A DNA stretch of 63,838 nucleotides, filler included, from Octopus bimaculoides (Eukaryota), in assembly GCF_001194135.2 (NCBI RefSeq). It is 6 parts of 5 records of this genome, joined end to end, with 100 filler letters (N's around TTAATTAATTAA, not from the genome) between each part and the next. Parts side by side here need not be neighbours in the genome. Positions count along the whole stretch, not along the records: positions 37,024 to 63,838 come from NC_068981.1; 5 more parts are not named here. One strand, given 5' to 3'. Numbering within the stretch: the first letter of the stretch is position 1; each line of letters opens with the position of its first letter. Positions 36,924-51,093 of this stretch are shown one piece after another. The notes beneath the pieces were generated by a model. It made no database searches and was not told the DNA's origin. It saw nothing but the letters and a program-made list of their open reading frames with translations. A program made the position numbers and the translations under genes.

Positions 36924-38505
36924 NNNNNNNNNNNNNNNNNNNNNNNNNNNNNNNNNNNNNNNNNNNNTTAATTAATTAANNNNNNNNNNNNNNNNNNNNN
37001 NNNNNNNNNNNNNNNNNNNNNNNTGATGATGGTGGTGATGATGATGATGATATATACACATACAGGTAAGTGGACAAATGAAGGAAAGAGGCACTCAACA
37101 TATTCTACAGGAGTTACATATATTATTATTTAAAACGGTTTGACTTTTTGGCCCCATGTAACTTTAAGTCAAAACTGTAAGTTGCATGGAACCAAATCAA
37201 ACTGTTTTAGATAATAATAAGATATAACTGGAAGATCAACTGATCTATGTAAAATATAAATGAAAGATCAACTGAACTATGTAAAATAAAACAAGGAAAC
37301 AAAATGGTCTATGCAAGATACAACTGGAAGGCCAAATGGTCACTATCATCAGTGTAATGATGAAAATACTATGAATGATTACACCTCAAAACAGCCCATC
37401 AACCAAAATCTAAATAAATGCAGCATTCTTTGAAAATGTGTGTGATGCATTGGAACTATCTGATAACTCCATTCAATTCAAATAGATATGACTAGGGTCA
37501 GTAAACAACAACAATAGGTTTATACTTTAATCATTCATCACTATGCTTAAAGTGTGCATAGTTTACATTTATTTATGGCTTTATTTTCAAATTCATTGTA
37601 ACTATGTGTGGGAGTTTACTAAAGAGTATTATTTTCTCGAATGATATATTTTCTCTTTATATCTCGCAAGAGGTATCTCAGTGGTATGATAAGGCAGCAG
37701 ACATAAGAATAGAATAATAAATCTTATAGCAGAGCATTAAAAGTGTTGAATTCTTAAATATATCTTCATGAGCCAGAACCAAAGAGCTATAAAAATAATC
37801 TTTGAATCATGTTTTCACTTGATGTCAGTGTCAGGTAGAATAAAAGATTGTATTTCTTTCACATAATAAAAGATTTTTATCATCTGTGGATTTAAACCCA
37901 GAAATTCAATAAATATAGTTTGATAGGTTAATTTTATGTGTTTATTCTTAACAATTTTAGCTTAATTGCAACATAGACACACCATGCTATTCATTTACTT
38001 CTTTTGTTCCTCCTGGGACAATGTTGCCATTAGCTATGCTACCACAGTGTTTGGCTTTAGGTAGCTTATTTCACAAAGTCTTGAACACCTAGTGTGAAAG
38101 CTGAAAGGGAAATAGCTTCATCCAAAGTGACAACTTTTACAGGAGGGAAAGATATAATATGATATTGCATGGTGAGATAAATATCTGCTGAAGAAGCTAT
38201 CTCCCACTAAGTCTTCTATTTCTATTAATATAGAAATAGAGTTAGTGGGAGATGTGGAGTCTAGATTATTACATATTTGTGATTATTTGGTTGGATATAA
38301 AGCTGTCTGTATATCAAAGCAAAAGTGAAAAGTAAGGTAACTAATTTCAGAGAGTCAAAATAATATTTTTTTTTATTGCATCATAGTTTATGAGATACAC
38401 CCAGACATACACACACATTTATGTATATGTGAGAGAATGTATGTAGGTGCATGTGTAACTGTATGTATATATATATATATATATATATACACATACACAC
38501 ACACA

Positions 38506-38579
<74 letters not shown>

Positions 38580-39247
38580 TATACACCACACTTTATCTTC
38601 ATGGTTTGTCTGCACTGTTGTTCTCTGCTCCCTAAATGACATACGAAAATGTTTAAGATTTAACACAAATAAAATTAGAAATAATTTTGCATTTTTTCAT
38701 AGTTTATATTCATTATTTGAAGCTATTATTAAATAGATTATTCAATGCACTTAAGCTGTCAAAGGTTTTGAAAATTTCCACCACTTTCATTTACCAGCCT
38801 TGTCATTAATTTGACAAATTTGTTGGGAAAATATTAAAGAGTTTGTCAAAGTTTTACAACAATTAAACACACCAAGTTAAACTCAATTTCATGTTAGTAA
38901 AATTTAAAAATAATCTTGATTGTTATAGTTTTCATAACAAAAATCGCTTCAGTTTTGAAATTACTAAAACAATGAAATTTAAACATCTCAATGAAATATG
39001 TATGGGTTAAAGTAAAGTTTATTGTCAAATGATTTATAAAAATTGCATGCCACAAAAAATGTTTTTTTATTTTCATTCATAACAATCCGATTGTATTATA
39101 TGTTGCTACAGCTAGTGTTGTTATTTAGCTCCAGATAAACTCTGATTGAGCAGACCCACAATCAAAGGTATCCTAGCCATGACTCTCCCATTATTTTAGA
39201 CATAATCTATTTTGGAATCAGTTCAAGTCAGTCCAATGTTTTGTTTG

Positions 39248-39586
39248 ATCATCATCATCATTTAACGTCCGCTTTTCATGCTAGCATGGGTTGGACGATT
39301 TGAATATTAAATTTAGTGCAGCTGCCATGTAAAAACCAACATGTTGATACCGTGTAAAAAAGGAACCTGTGCTGGTTCCACATGAAAAGCACCTGTGCTG
39401 GTGCCGTATAAAAAGCACCCGGAACACTCTGTAAAGTGGTTGGCATTAGGAAGGGCATCCAGCTGTAGAAGCTAAGTTAAACCAGACTGGAACCGTGTGC
39501 GCTTCTCCAACTTGTCAACTCTGGTCAAACTGTTCAACCCATGCCAGCAGGGAAAACAGATGTTAAATGATGATGATGATGATGAG
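39248..39586. mobile_element. Non-autonomous (GAT)n-tailed retro-element with the 3' tail present at both ends in inverted orientation
   Basis: CATCATCATTTAACGTCC...GGTTGGACG at the left end, reverse complement at the right end. Single-ended relatives at about 41085-41600, 50415-50480, 51196-51345, 53155-53390, 57990-58200. Confidence 0.7.
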
Positions 39587-42500
39587 TTCTTTTAAAAATA
39601 AAAATGATATGGTGTAAGATTTGGCTGCTGTTTCTAGTAGCTATGTTGAAGTTTCTTGATTGACTCTTGTATTATATATGTATTGTATATTGTTGTTGGT
39701 TAGCCCTAATACTGGCTTGAGTGAGTAGTCTAATTAGCGGTGATATCTTCTTTTTTTAAATTTTGTATTCTTCTTTATTTAAGACAATACAGTGAGTGAT
39801 TTGAGGGAGATTTGGCTGCTATTTCTAGTAGGCTGAGTAATCATGTAAAAGCTCCCTCATTAGCTAGTATAGCATAGGTATTTCTTCATGATAGCTACTT
39901 ACTTTTACATTGCAGAAACTGTATGAGTGTCAGATCTGCAATTTACAAGCAACAATTATTTGACATTAGTTGGTTGTTTAGACACTTGGCAGATATTTTT
40001 GTGAACATTGGCTAGTATAGTTCATTAATAACATATTGGATCAGTCTTACAGTTTGTGTTAAAACTCATAAAAGACCTAAAAATCCAACAGTCAAGATTT
40101 GCACCTCCTGACTAACAACAAGAACTAGTGATTGCTAATAACTATAGCAACTAATGAATGCAAATGAAAAAATAAAATAAAATATATAAAATTTGTTTTG
40201 ATCTTGAATTGATTTTTACACTACTTGCGGTTGTTATGAAGATAAAAAAAAAGTTATAAATTGAAACTCTTTAAATTGAAGTGGAATTTCAGAATAAAAT
40301 AGAACTAAATGAAGTTAGCTTCCACTAAACTTTAGATGATTGCTCTAATATGTGTGCTTCTTTCAATTTGTATCTTAAGTTTAAAATGCAGTATTAAAAG
40401 AAAGTAGCTGTAATATTAAACCTTCATACTCTTGGCTTTAAATGTTGTTGAATTATTAAAACTTCCTTTTGTATTGTCAAAGACTTTTGAGGTTGGTTGG
40501 TTTCCTACAGTAACTAGGAATTTATGTATTTAGAAGAGAAAAACAAAACATTTTCAAATCAGTAAGGAGGAAGTCAAAATATTTCTCTTCATTATCATAG
40601 ACACTTAAAGACAATGTAATTTATTTTGATGTCAGCACATTATAATGAAAAGGCATTAAGTTTTCTAATGATTTTTCAGGGCATTTTTAATTATGAAAGA
40701 TTTCAAATAATTACTCATTCTGTGTATTTTTCAATTTAAGCTCCTTAAAAGAATATTTAAAAAAATCCAAGTAGGAAAAATTTTCTTTTGTTTTCCAAAA
40801 GTTCTTTTTAATTTGTCTTCTTATAAAATATGTATTAAAAAATTTTAATATATTTTTTTCTTAGGAAAGACTGGCTAGTATTAGCTCAGCTTTCTACAAA
40901 AATAAAGAATGAGGATTACTCATTGTTTTTCCAAAAATATTAACTAGGTTAGTTGTTTCCATCTCAATTCAATCCCCAATGTACAACAGAGTGCTATTGA
41001 AATTATAAACTTTAGCACCTTAACATTTAGGAAACCATTTTTAATGGATTATATCCTTTATATGTGTATGTGTATACATGTATATATCATCTTCATCATT
41101 TGACATCCATTTTTCATCTGGCATGGGTTGGATGGTTTGACAGGAGCTGATCAATTGAAGGGCTGTTCAAGCTCCTTGTCAGTTTTGGCATGGTTTCTAC
41201 AGCTGGATGCCCTTCCTTTACAGAGTGTACTGGGTGCTTTTACACAGCACTGGCATGAGTACTTTTTATGTGGCACCAGCACCTATGAGCCTGGAAGATT
41301 AGGGATGCACAGCTGAAAAAGGTAGGGTTGCAGAGGATGAGCTTGTATGCAAGGACAACCATGATTTTACTTAACTTGACGTATCTTTTCAAGCACAGCA
41401 AACCACCATTGCTTGCATGGGTCAGACAGAATTTTGTTGAAGAATATTTTCTGTACCCAGATGCTTTTCCTGTTACCAACCTCCACCTGTTTCCAAGCAA
41501 GGTTGTATTTTCCCATACCTAGACAGAAGACTAGAAGACTTTCACAGAAGACTGGAAAGATAGCGATCTCACTTGATGCACATTTACAATTATCATGTGC
41601 TGTCTAGACAAAGATATACATACACAGACACAACATGCACACTCACACACATGTGCAGGCACAAACACACAGAGACACACACTCACACACACAGGCACAC
41701 ACACACACACACACACACACAGGTACGCGTGCACACAGACACACACATGCATACACACACATATAGACACACACATCACGGGCTTCTTTCAGTTTCTAAT
41801 TACTAAATTCACGCACAAGGCTTTAGTCAGCCTGGACCTTATAGTTAAAGACACCCCGCTTAAGATGCTTCACAGAAAGACAGAACCCAAGACCATATGA
41901 TTTGGAAGCAAGTTTCTAAAACAAACAGTCAAGTTAACATGTACCCTGTGTGTGTGTGTGTGTGTGTGTGTTAGGAGGAAATGCATCAAATGGCTAATGC
42001 TAGAAAAGAAATGTGAAAAAAAAGAAACATTTTCAAAATAAGTTTAGATGTTTAAAAACTAATTTGAACATTAATTTAAAAACAAGTTTTAAACATTGAA
42101 ACCAAATTTAATGGAATCAAAATCAAGCCAATAATAAAAGACATTACAAACATAATCATTCCGTCATTTTGTATTTCAAGGTCTATACTGCTCGATGTAT
42201 CTTTTATGTAACAAGGTAGGATGTGATATGCGAGAGATTTAGTTGCTATTTCTTGTAGGTTGAGGAACCGCATGAAGGTCTCCTCCATTGTCAGCTGTTA
42301 GAATATTAAGGCATTATGAATAATGTCTGCACTACATCCTTGACATCTGGTGGCTGGACAAAAGTACTAGCCAGGTACTGGGGTTGATGTAGTTAACTTG
42401 CCCTCACCTACCTCCTCAAAACTGTTGGCTTGGCGCCATAATTAGAAAACATTATTCCTGATATTCCTCTAAGTGGGGTAATGATTGTTTTATGGACATT

Positions 42501-45500
42501 GTAAACACAATGATTTGAATTCTAGAAGAGAATATATAATAAGTTTGACGATGATTCTTTTACATCTTTTATGAACCTAGAAAAAATTTGTACCCACTCC
42601 TTAAAATAATTCCCCATTTTTTCCTTATATCTTGCGTAGAATAATTCCTTTGAGTATAAAAATATTATTTGACATGTTATTTTCAGAAATAATATGAAAC
42701 AGAAATTCCCTTGGTTCTTCTTTTCCCTATTTTCACATTCTTACATAATATATATATATATATATATATGAAAGATCAACGTCCTTTCACACTCCACTCT
42801 TTATCCTCATTCAGAACAAGAACAATAATTTTTCTATTAATGTTTACCATTAGAGGATAGTTTGTCCAAAATGATAAAATAGAAAAATTGTATTTTTTTC
42901 TTTCTTTTTTTAATTTGCATGATATGAAATTACAATTGAAAGAAAAGTATACATATATTCCCATAAAATATGCTTCAGAATATAATTTTGTCAGCAAGGC
43001 CCTTGGGAACAAATTTAGGGATGAAAATAGGGTAGGAAAAAAATATTTCACATGTGTTGTGCAAAGCATAATTAAAACTTCTATATAAGATATGGTGCCT
43101 TACATTGTGTTCTAAAAACTTGTTCAACAGACACGTAACATTTGTATTTTCAAATTAGCAGGACAAATCCTTATTTTTTTTAAGCTTAATATTTATTACT
43201 TGAAGAGGTTTATTAAAAATTGTTAAAAAGAAATAAAATTTCATCGTGCTTTTCACAATTATATTTCTTGTGACAAGAAAATAACAGAAATATATGTTTA
43301 GAGATATACTCTTTTTCACTTTTGGTTGTTTCTTTTATTGGATTGTAGTGATGTTGGGTACCATCTTTAAGGTTTTTGTCAATCATATAGACCTCAGTAC
43401 TTATTTCAGTCTGATACTTAATTCATCGGTCCCTATTTTTGAACTACTAAGGTGGTGATCTGGCAGAAACGTTAGCATGCCAAGCAAAATACTTAGCAGT
43501 ATTTCATCCATCCATACATTCTGAGTTCAAATTTCGCTGAGGTCAACTTTGCTCTTTACCCTTTTGGGGTCGATAAAATAAGTACTAGTTATGCACTAGG
43601 GTTGAGCTAATCAACTTAACTACTCCTGGGTATGAGTATAAAAACTGCATCTCACTGTCAAGCCATATCAAGCCAGTGTGGCAGGGAAGGCTCATCAAAC
43701 TTGTATGATCTCAAGCTCAAATTCCCAGATTCCACATCTGATCATGTCTAGTGGAGAAATCATGCTGAGGCCTTCATCCTGCAGTGGGCTGAACACAGGC
43801 AATCCAATTCAAGTTATGGGACAGAGTAGGATTCGTAATAAATAACAGGCTTTTAGATCATTGTAAAATTAAGCACAAAAATGCAGACATAGGCCACACA
43901 CCCACCCCCACACACACATCATTCTTATTTTTTTTTATGCACCATTTTCATGTTTGTATGGGTTGAACAAGACTTTATCAAGCCATTTTCTATGGCTGGA
44001 TTCCTTGCCTGTCACAAACCATTATCTGTTTTCCAAGTAAGGATTTTTCTTCTACTAGCTACCACCATTTTAAAAATACTGAATTATATAATATATTGTT
44101 TATGAAAGATCATTGTGATCACATGATATCACCATCATCAAAATTATGTCATATGAATGAAACATGCTGAAAAACATATTTATGTACATGTACACACACT
44201 CAAATCAGTAATGGAACAGTCATATATATTTATACAACAGGCTTTCACTCAGTTTCTATTTAGTAAATTCTACTCAGGCAACAGTAGAAGGCACTTTCTC
44301 AAGGTGCAGCAAGATGGGATTGAACTCAGGATCACATAGTTCTGAATCAAACTTCTTAATCACACAGCCACATCTCATCAGAGTTCACCATTTTTGATAA
44401 TCTTTATTTTAATGAATAAACAAATAATGATAGCTCTCCACTTATTCCTTATATAGAAAAGAGTGTAAATAAAATAATTATAAATTGACCGCTAAACCAC
44501 TGAAAGCAAGGAAGTTTGTCACTCAAAGCATATTTTACTCCATTTAAAAAAAATTCTATAGTGTCTACATGTTGACATTTTTCCAGTCGCACTGTTTCTA
44601 GGTCAGTATCATTCAATGTGCTCCTTTTTTAAGGTACTAGGATGTGATTTAAGAGAAATTTGACTGCTATTATAACTTGTAGGTTACTGTGCAGAGGCTC
44701 ACTTATTGAGTTATGTTTTCTATAGTGAATCCAGAAAAAGAACAGTCATTTTCATAATGCACATTCTTAAGAGAATCCTACCCTAAATTCTATTGCAAGA
44801 TTTACATTCTATCCTAAATTCTATTGCAAGAGTTTTAATTATTTACGAATTAATTTGTGCCAACTAAATTATATTCTTTAAGGAGTGTTTAAATTCTTGA
44901 TTGAAAAAGGGAGAATAAAGCAACTGATATTTAATATTCAATGCTTATTTCCACTGGTAAATATTTCACTTCACTTTCATTGCAGTTGAGAAAGGCATAA
45001 ACACTATACAATCTCAGTTCTTTTCTTTCGTAAATCTGATGCCTTTTATCCAATGTAAGAAACGTGTGTGACATAATGCAACAACAGACTCCCTATGGGG
45101 TCAATTCAGCTACAAGAAATAACAGTCAAATATCCTTCAAATCATATCCTATAGTCTTAACAAAGAAAGGACACATTAGATAATCATTTCTACTAAAGGC
45201 ACATGGATTCAAATTTGGTGGTTGGGCGGTTAGTTGATTACATTTTCCCCAGTACATAAATGGTAGTTAATTTATAAACCCCAAAATGGTGAAAGGCAAA
45301 GTCAACATCGGCGAAATTTGAACTCATAACATTAAGACAGAAGAAATACCACTAAGCATTTTGTCCAATGTACAAATGATTCTGCCAGCTCATAGTCCTA
45401 GACATGCTGTAGCTGAACAAATAATGGGAGAAAGAATGGTTATGGTTGGAACTTTGTTGTTGAATTTTGATCTTTGGTTTGCTAGACCAGGCTTGCTTTA

Positions 45501-46216
45501 GGGTTATATGACAACAGCATGAAAAACTGAAAGGATCTGTCATATGAAAATCTAAGCAATTACATTAAATGCCTGCTTTTTAAGATTACACTTGATGGAG
45601 CTTTTCTAATGTGAATGATTCCTCTTGAATAATCTACTGAATATCTATTTTATATCATTTAAATACTAATTATAGAATTAGAAAGCAGACATTTAACAAG
45701 TTCAGAAGAAACAACAATGACTTTAATGTTTGTTGATTGAAAAGAATATATAATAGACATCCACCTTTGTCTAAAAGATATTTCTTAATGTTAGACATAG
45801 TACATTAATATGTACTGTATATACAAAGCACAAAACTATAACAGATTCATATGTAATGGATATTTTTTCTGCTGTAGCTGAGTGGTAAGAAGCTTGCTTC
45901 CCAAGCACATGGTTCTGAGTTCACTGCACATGACACCTTGGGCAAGTGTCTTCTACTACAGTCTCAGGCTGACCAAAGCTTTGTGAGTGGATTCGGTAAA
46001 CAGAAACTGAAAGAAGCCTGTTGTGTGTGTATATATATATATATATATAAACATAATTAAAATTAGGGTTCATCAAAAATTACTTCACCACATACCGAAA
46101 TTTAGAAATAGCAGTTAAAATACTATTCTACTACGATAATATATCTCTCAGACAGCAGCACTCGCAACTCACACAGGCAAAAAGGAAAAATAACGAATCT
46201 AACCAGCTTTGATTAA

Positions 46217-46286
46217 CTGTATACACGTTTCAGGATTAAAGAGGTGTAAATTATATTACCCAATCTTATTTCCATCTTCAGTACAG
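46217..46286 (-). ncRNA. Type I hammerhead motif, long stem II decayed
   Basis: Minus strand: CTGTA-CTGAAGA-T-GGA...TCC-T-GAAAC-GT-GTA-TACAG. Perfect stem I, intact core, GUA site. Confidence 0.6.
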
Positions 46287-46299
46287 TATTCCAGATTAT

Positions 46300-47745
46300 A
46301 AATCCAAGAATGCTAATAAAAGAATACGCATTCGACCAAAGAAACAGGCCTGGAAGGACTGGAAGAGTGAGGGTAGCAGAGAACTGTATCAGATAGACAG
46401 GAGAGAAGCTGGGAGACTGGTATATCTAGCCAAGGGAGAAGTAGAAAAGAAGAAGTTTGGCTATGTTCAGCGATGTGAGAACCAAAAAACTGAAATGTTT
46501 CAGATTGCAAAACAGTGTGTAAGAGATAATCATGATGTCATAGGAGAAAAATGTGTCCACATGGATGATGGTGTTCTTGCATTAAATGATTCTGCAAAGA
46601 AAGAGGCTTTGAAATGCCATTATGAAAGACTGCTGAATGTGGAGAATGAATGGGAGGAGGAGAGTCTGCCAAATGTTGACCCAATTGAAGGACCAGCTAC
46701 CTGAATTGACAGTACCTTAGTAGATAAAGCAATTAAGGATATGAAGACAAGAAAAGTCCCCAGTTCATCAGGAATCACTGCTGAGATGCTTAAAATATCT
46801 GGAGGTGTGTATTATGGTCTAGTCACCCATATTATAAATCAGGTGGCCCACAAAGGAGTGATACCCAATGATTGGTGCAGCAGCACCATAGTCAACTGCT
46901 ATAAAGATAAAAGTGATGCCTTAGAAATAATTACAAAGGTATCAAATTGTTGGATCAGGTGATGAAAGTTATGGAGAGAATCATAACTTAACTAATTAGG
47001 GAGCTAGTTAGCCTAGATGAGATGCAGTTTGGTTTTGTGCCAGGAGAAGCACTACTGATGCCTTTGACAGGGACTCCGATCCCTTATTTGGCGGTCAGTG
47101 TGGAAACTAGGGATAGAGGAGTGGTTGGTGAGAGCTGTAAAAGCCATGTATAGGGATGCTACCAGTAAGGTGAGGGTTGGCAGTGAGTACAGTGAAGAAT
47201 TCAGGGTACATGTAGGAGTTTACCAAGGATCGGTCCTCAGCAACCTCTTGTTCATTATAGTCCTCCAGGCAATAACAGAGGGATTTAAGACAGGCTGCTT
47301 CAGGGAGCTCTTCTATGCTGATGACCTTGCTCTAATAGCTGAGTCACTACCAGAACTAGAGAAGAAGTTCCAGGTATGGAAGCAATGTCTAGAATCGAAG
47401 GGCCTTAGAGTTAACCTAGCAAAAACCAAAGTCTTAGTAACTAGGAAGGCAGACAGATCACAAATCCAATCAAGTTAGTAGTGGAGGGGGTGCTCCAAGA
47501 GTGTAGCTGTGAGAATAAGATTAGGCTGGGCAAAGTTCAGAGAGCTCCTACCTCTGCTGGCAACAAAGAGCCTCTCTTTCAGAGTTACAGGCAGATTGTA
47601 CATTACTTGTGTGAAAACAGCTATACTACATGGCAGTGAAACATGGGTTGTGACAGCTGAGGACATGCATAGGCTTGAAAGAAATGAAGCCAGTATACTT
47701 TGCTGGATGTGCAATGTCAGTATGCATGTTCGACAGTATGCATGT
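46300..47745 (+). mobile_element. RTE-clade LINE, decayed ORF (linker plus RT)
   Basis: GITAEMLK...IPNDWCSSTIVNCYKDK; GVYQGSVLSNLLFIIVL...ELFYADDLAL...GLRVNLAKTKVL; LHGSETW. Several stops and frameshifts. Confidence 0.9.
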
Positions 47746-49074
47746 TCACACACACATGCACATGTATAGAAATATACACATATGCAAAAGGTGGCGAGCT
47801 GGCAGAAACGTTACCACGCTAGGCGAAATGCTTAGTGGTATTTCGTCTGCCGCTACGTTCTGAGTTCAAATTCTGCCGAGATCGACTTTGCCTTTCATCC
47901 TTTCGGGGTCGATTAAATAAGTACCAGTTACGCACTGGGGTCGATATAATCGACTTAATCCGTTTGTCTGTCCTTGTTTGTCCCCTCTGTGTGTAGCCCC
48001 TTGTAGGTAGTAAAGAAATAACACATACGCAAGAAGGAGAGAGAGAGAGAGAGAAAGAGAGAGAAAGAAAGAAAGAAAAAGAGAGTGACATTGCACATAT
48101 ATAAAAACATAACTATATGCTCATAAATACACATAGAGAGGGAGAGTGGGGGAGAGGGAAAGAAACATTCAGATGTCTGATGTCAAACAAGTCAGTGTTG
48201 AATCACCTACGCAGAATAGGTGGTGCCAAAACATTGCATATCCCATTATATAATGCTGCGACAGTTTTGCCACTGTTGTTAATATCTAGTAATGTTAAAT
48301 CAATAATTGATTGATAATTAAATTATTATTATTATTGATCACATATTTATTGCAAGCATACAATTTTTTTTTAATAAATGATCTTATTTTGAAAATTAGT
48401 ATTCGTTTCATTATTTTGTATGACTAACCATGAAATTTGGTAAAAGAAAAAATTTCCATGATTACCTTTATGTAACATTTCTTGATATTAACTTTGTTTT
48501 TATCTTTTAGTCAGGAGAGAAGGCAGTGCCCATGACATGTTGAAGAGCTCCCAAGACTGGTGGAAGGCAGGGAAGAAGGTATCATCAAACTGGAAATCTG
48601 GCTGAAAACTTGCAATGGAGTAGATTCTACTAAGGGCATCCAAGATGTTAGGAGGTAGCATTGAATCAGGTGACAGCTTAAATCTACCATCCAAGCAGGC
48701 CAAGGTAAGATTTGAACTTAGAATGCAAAATAGTACAAGACATCCAGTTAGATGTTCTTACAGTTCTACCAATCCACTACTTTGGATGAAAGGCAAAGTT
48801 GACCTTGCTGGATTTGGACTTGGTGCACAGAGAATCAGAACAACTATCACAAAATATTCTGTTCAATGCTCAAATGACTTTATCAATGAACCACCTGTAA
48901 TGGCAAGAGTGTGCTTTGCTCATCATATGACAGATAAAAATCCTACTGAGTAAATAAATATATAAATTTATATCTATATGCATTTAGCCTCACTTGTGAA
49001 ATTAGACTCACAGAAGCTTTAATAGCTTTTTGGGATGAACACTGAATTAATCAATTGTGATATTGAGCTGAGGC

Positions 49075-50405
49075 TGTGGTGAAGGCGGAAGTGGGAGAGT
49101 GGGTAGGCCCTATCAGGAGTCCCTGAATGGTTTGGCTATTGTAAGTGCAGCACCCTATCCACCTAGGTATACACTTTTACTACATGCAACACAGTTTTCA
49201 CTATACATTTTACTTTAACTGAATTATGTTAGAATACTAAAACAGTATAAATAAATTAACTATTTATTTATACTGAAGTGCTGAAGAGAGCATGCGCAGC
49301 GGTCACAGGAAGAAGTCAGAGGGCAACTGGACAGTGTGAAGGCAAGACGTGTGTGCACAACCAAGGGAAGAGAATGTCCACGTGGGTAGTGAGAGAATGC
49401 TCCCTCCAGATTGACAGGTAAGAAAGCCTCATTTCTCCTTTTGCCTAATTCCCCTTCATACCACAAGCTATTTTGGCTCATTGCGTAGCACTCAAAAAAA
49501 ATTTTTTTTTAATCTGTCCACGGTAAAATATGGCATTGAAAATTAGACTCAGCAATGACATGTTGAGGCCATTCTCTGGCCAAGGTGATATGGTGGCCTG
49601 GATAAAGAAGGTGAAACTGGTAGCAAAATTACAGGGGATACAGGACATAGCCAGCCTCCTACTGTTGTATTTAGAAGGTAGCGCGCTGATCCTGTATCTA
49701 GAGATGTCGGAAGATGATCAGCAAAAAATTGAAAGGATCAAGGAATGGCTGAAAGTTGCTTATACGGAGTGAGCCTTTTAAGGCGTATAGTAAGCTCGAA
49801 AGCATGAGATGGACCAGAGAACAGGTTGACGACTATGCAAGTGAGATTAGGAGATTTGTGGCTTTAGCAGGGATTTCTGGTGAGGCAATGGAGAGTGTTG
49901 TGAGGTTGGCCATTGAAACCAGATTTCCTGATCACATCTCAATAAGTTTGCAGCAGCTACCAGGTATCTACACCATGCAGGTGAGTGAGTTGATAGAGTA
50001 TACTTGTGTCATGATTCAGAACAACACATGTAATGTAGTTTGTATGATGACAGAGATGTAAACAATGAAGAGGCAAATCGAAACTAATGGGAAGAAGAAT
50101 GAGGCAAGAGAAGCTGGGTGAATGATGAAGGGATCATGTTCCAGGTGCTGGGGTCCTCATATAGTCAGAGACTGCACGGCACTGAAACCGGAAGTGGTGT
50201 GCTACTGGTGTGACCAGCCTGGACACATTGCTAACCGATGTAAACAGGGAAACGGATGGAGGGGAGCTACTATGCCAGTAGCTATGTCAACTGATTAGAG
50301 GTGCACTCACGGTCACTGCCAATTATAAATATTCAGGTGGTGTTGAGAGAAACTCAAGCCCTTGTGGATACTGGTTGCACTACAACCTTGGTGATGGCAA
50401 AAATG
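49075..50405 (+). mobile_element. Gypsy-type LTR retrotransposon 5' part: LTR, gag, protease start
   Basis: Putative LTR 49075-49465 (TGTGGT-GAAGG...CCTTCATACCACA). Gag-like ORF from 49530, zinc knuckle CYWCDQPGHIANRC (50200-50241), retropepsin ALVDTGCTTTL (about 50358-50390). Confidence 0.85.
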
Positions 50406-50995
50406 GTGACTAGTAGGGGCCAACCCATGCCAGCATGGAACATAGATATTAAATAATGATGATGATGATGATGATGATGAAGAAATAGAGTATATGATAT
50501 AAAATTTTGTAAGCATTTTTACTAAAATTCATAACTTTTCTAAATTTCTAAGTTTTTATCAATCCTCCTATCTGTATCATAAGTACATCATCATCATCAG
50601 CAGGAAAAACAGATGTATCAATTGAAATTAAAGTGTTATTTTGCAGAGATGACTATGATCTAGACACATACCGATAGTGTAATGTAATGTGAGTTCATGA
50701 ACAACAGTTAAAACTTAGTAGTGTCCAACAGAGAAGCGATCAAAGTAATGGTTGAATTGGTGTTTGGATTGACAGAAACAAATATATCTTAAGGAAAAGA
50801 TTGTATAGAAGAAATATATCAATGTGATTTGTTTAATCCATGGAAGTTCAATGAGATTTGCTGATTGAAAATTATTAGCTCTCGGAAAGCTGATGACTTG
50901 ATTTAAAACTTCAATCATTAATAGATTTTCTTATTAGGTTTCAGCTGCTCTCAGCATGAATTATTCATAATGATAATTTAATATCCAAGGATCAA

Positions 50996-51029
<34 letters not shown>

Positions 51030-51051
51030 ATGAGTATTGGTGTATATGTGA

Positions 51052-51093
<42 letters not shown>

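Noticed and set aside
39915-39963. KLYECQICNLQ after a TTGCAG acceptor, like a C2H2 finger start
   Set aside because: A stop follows within a few codons and there is no His pair.
48500-48720. Apparent AG...GTAAGA-bounded exon
   Set aside because: All three plus-strand frames contain stops, and the donor overlaps a decayed SINE.
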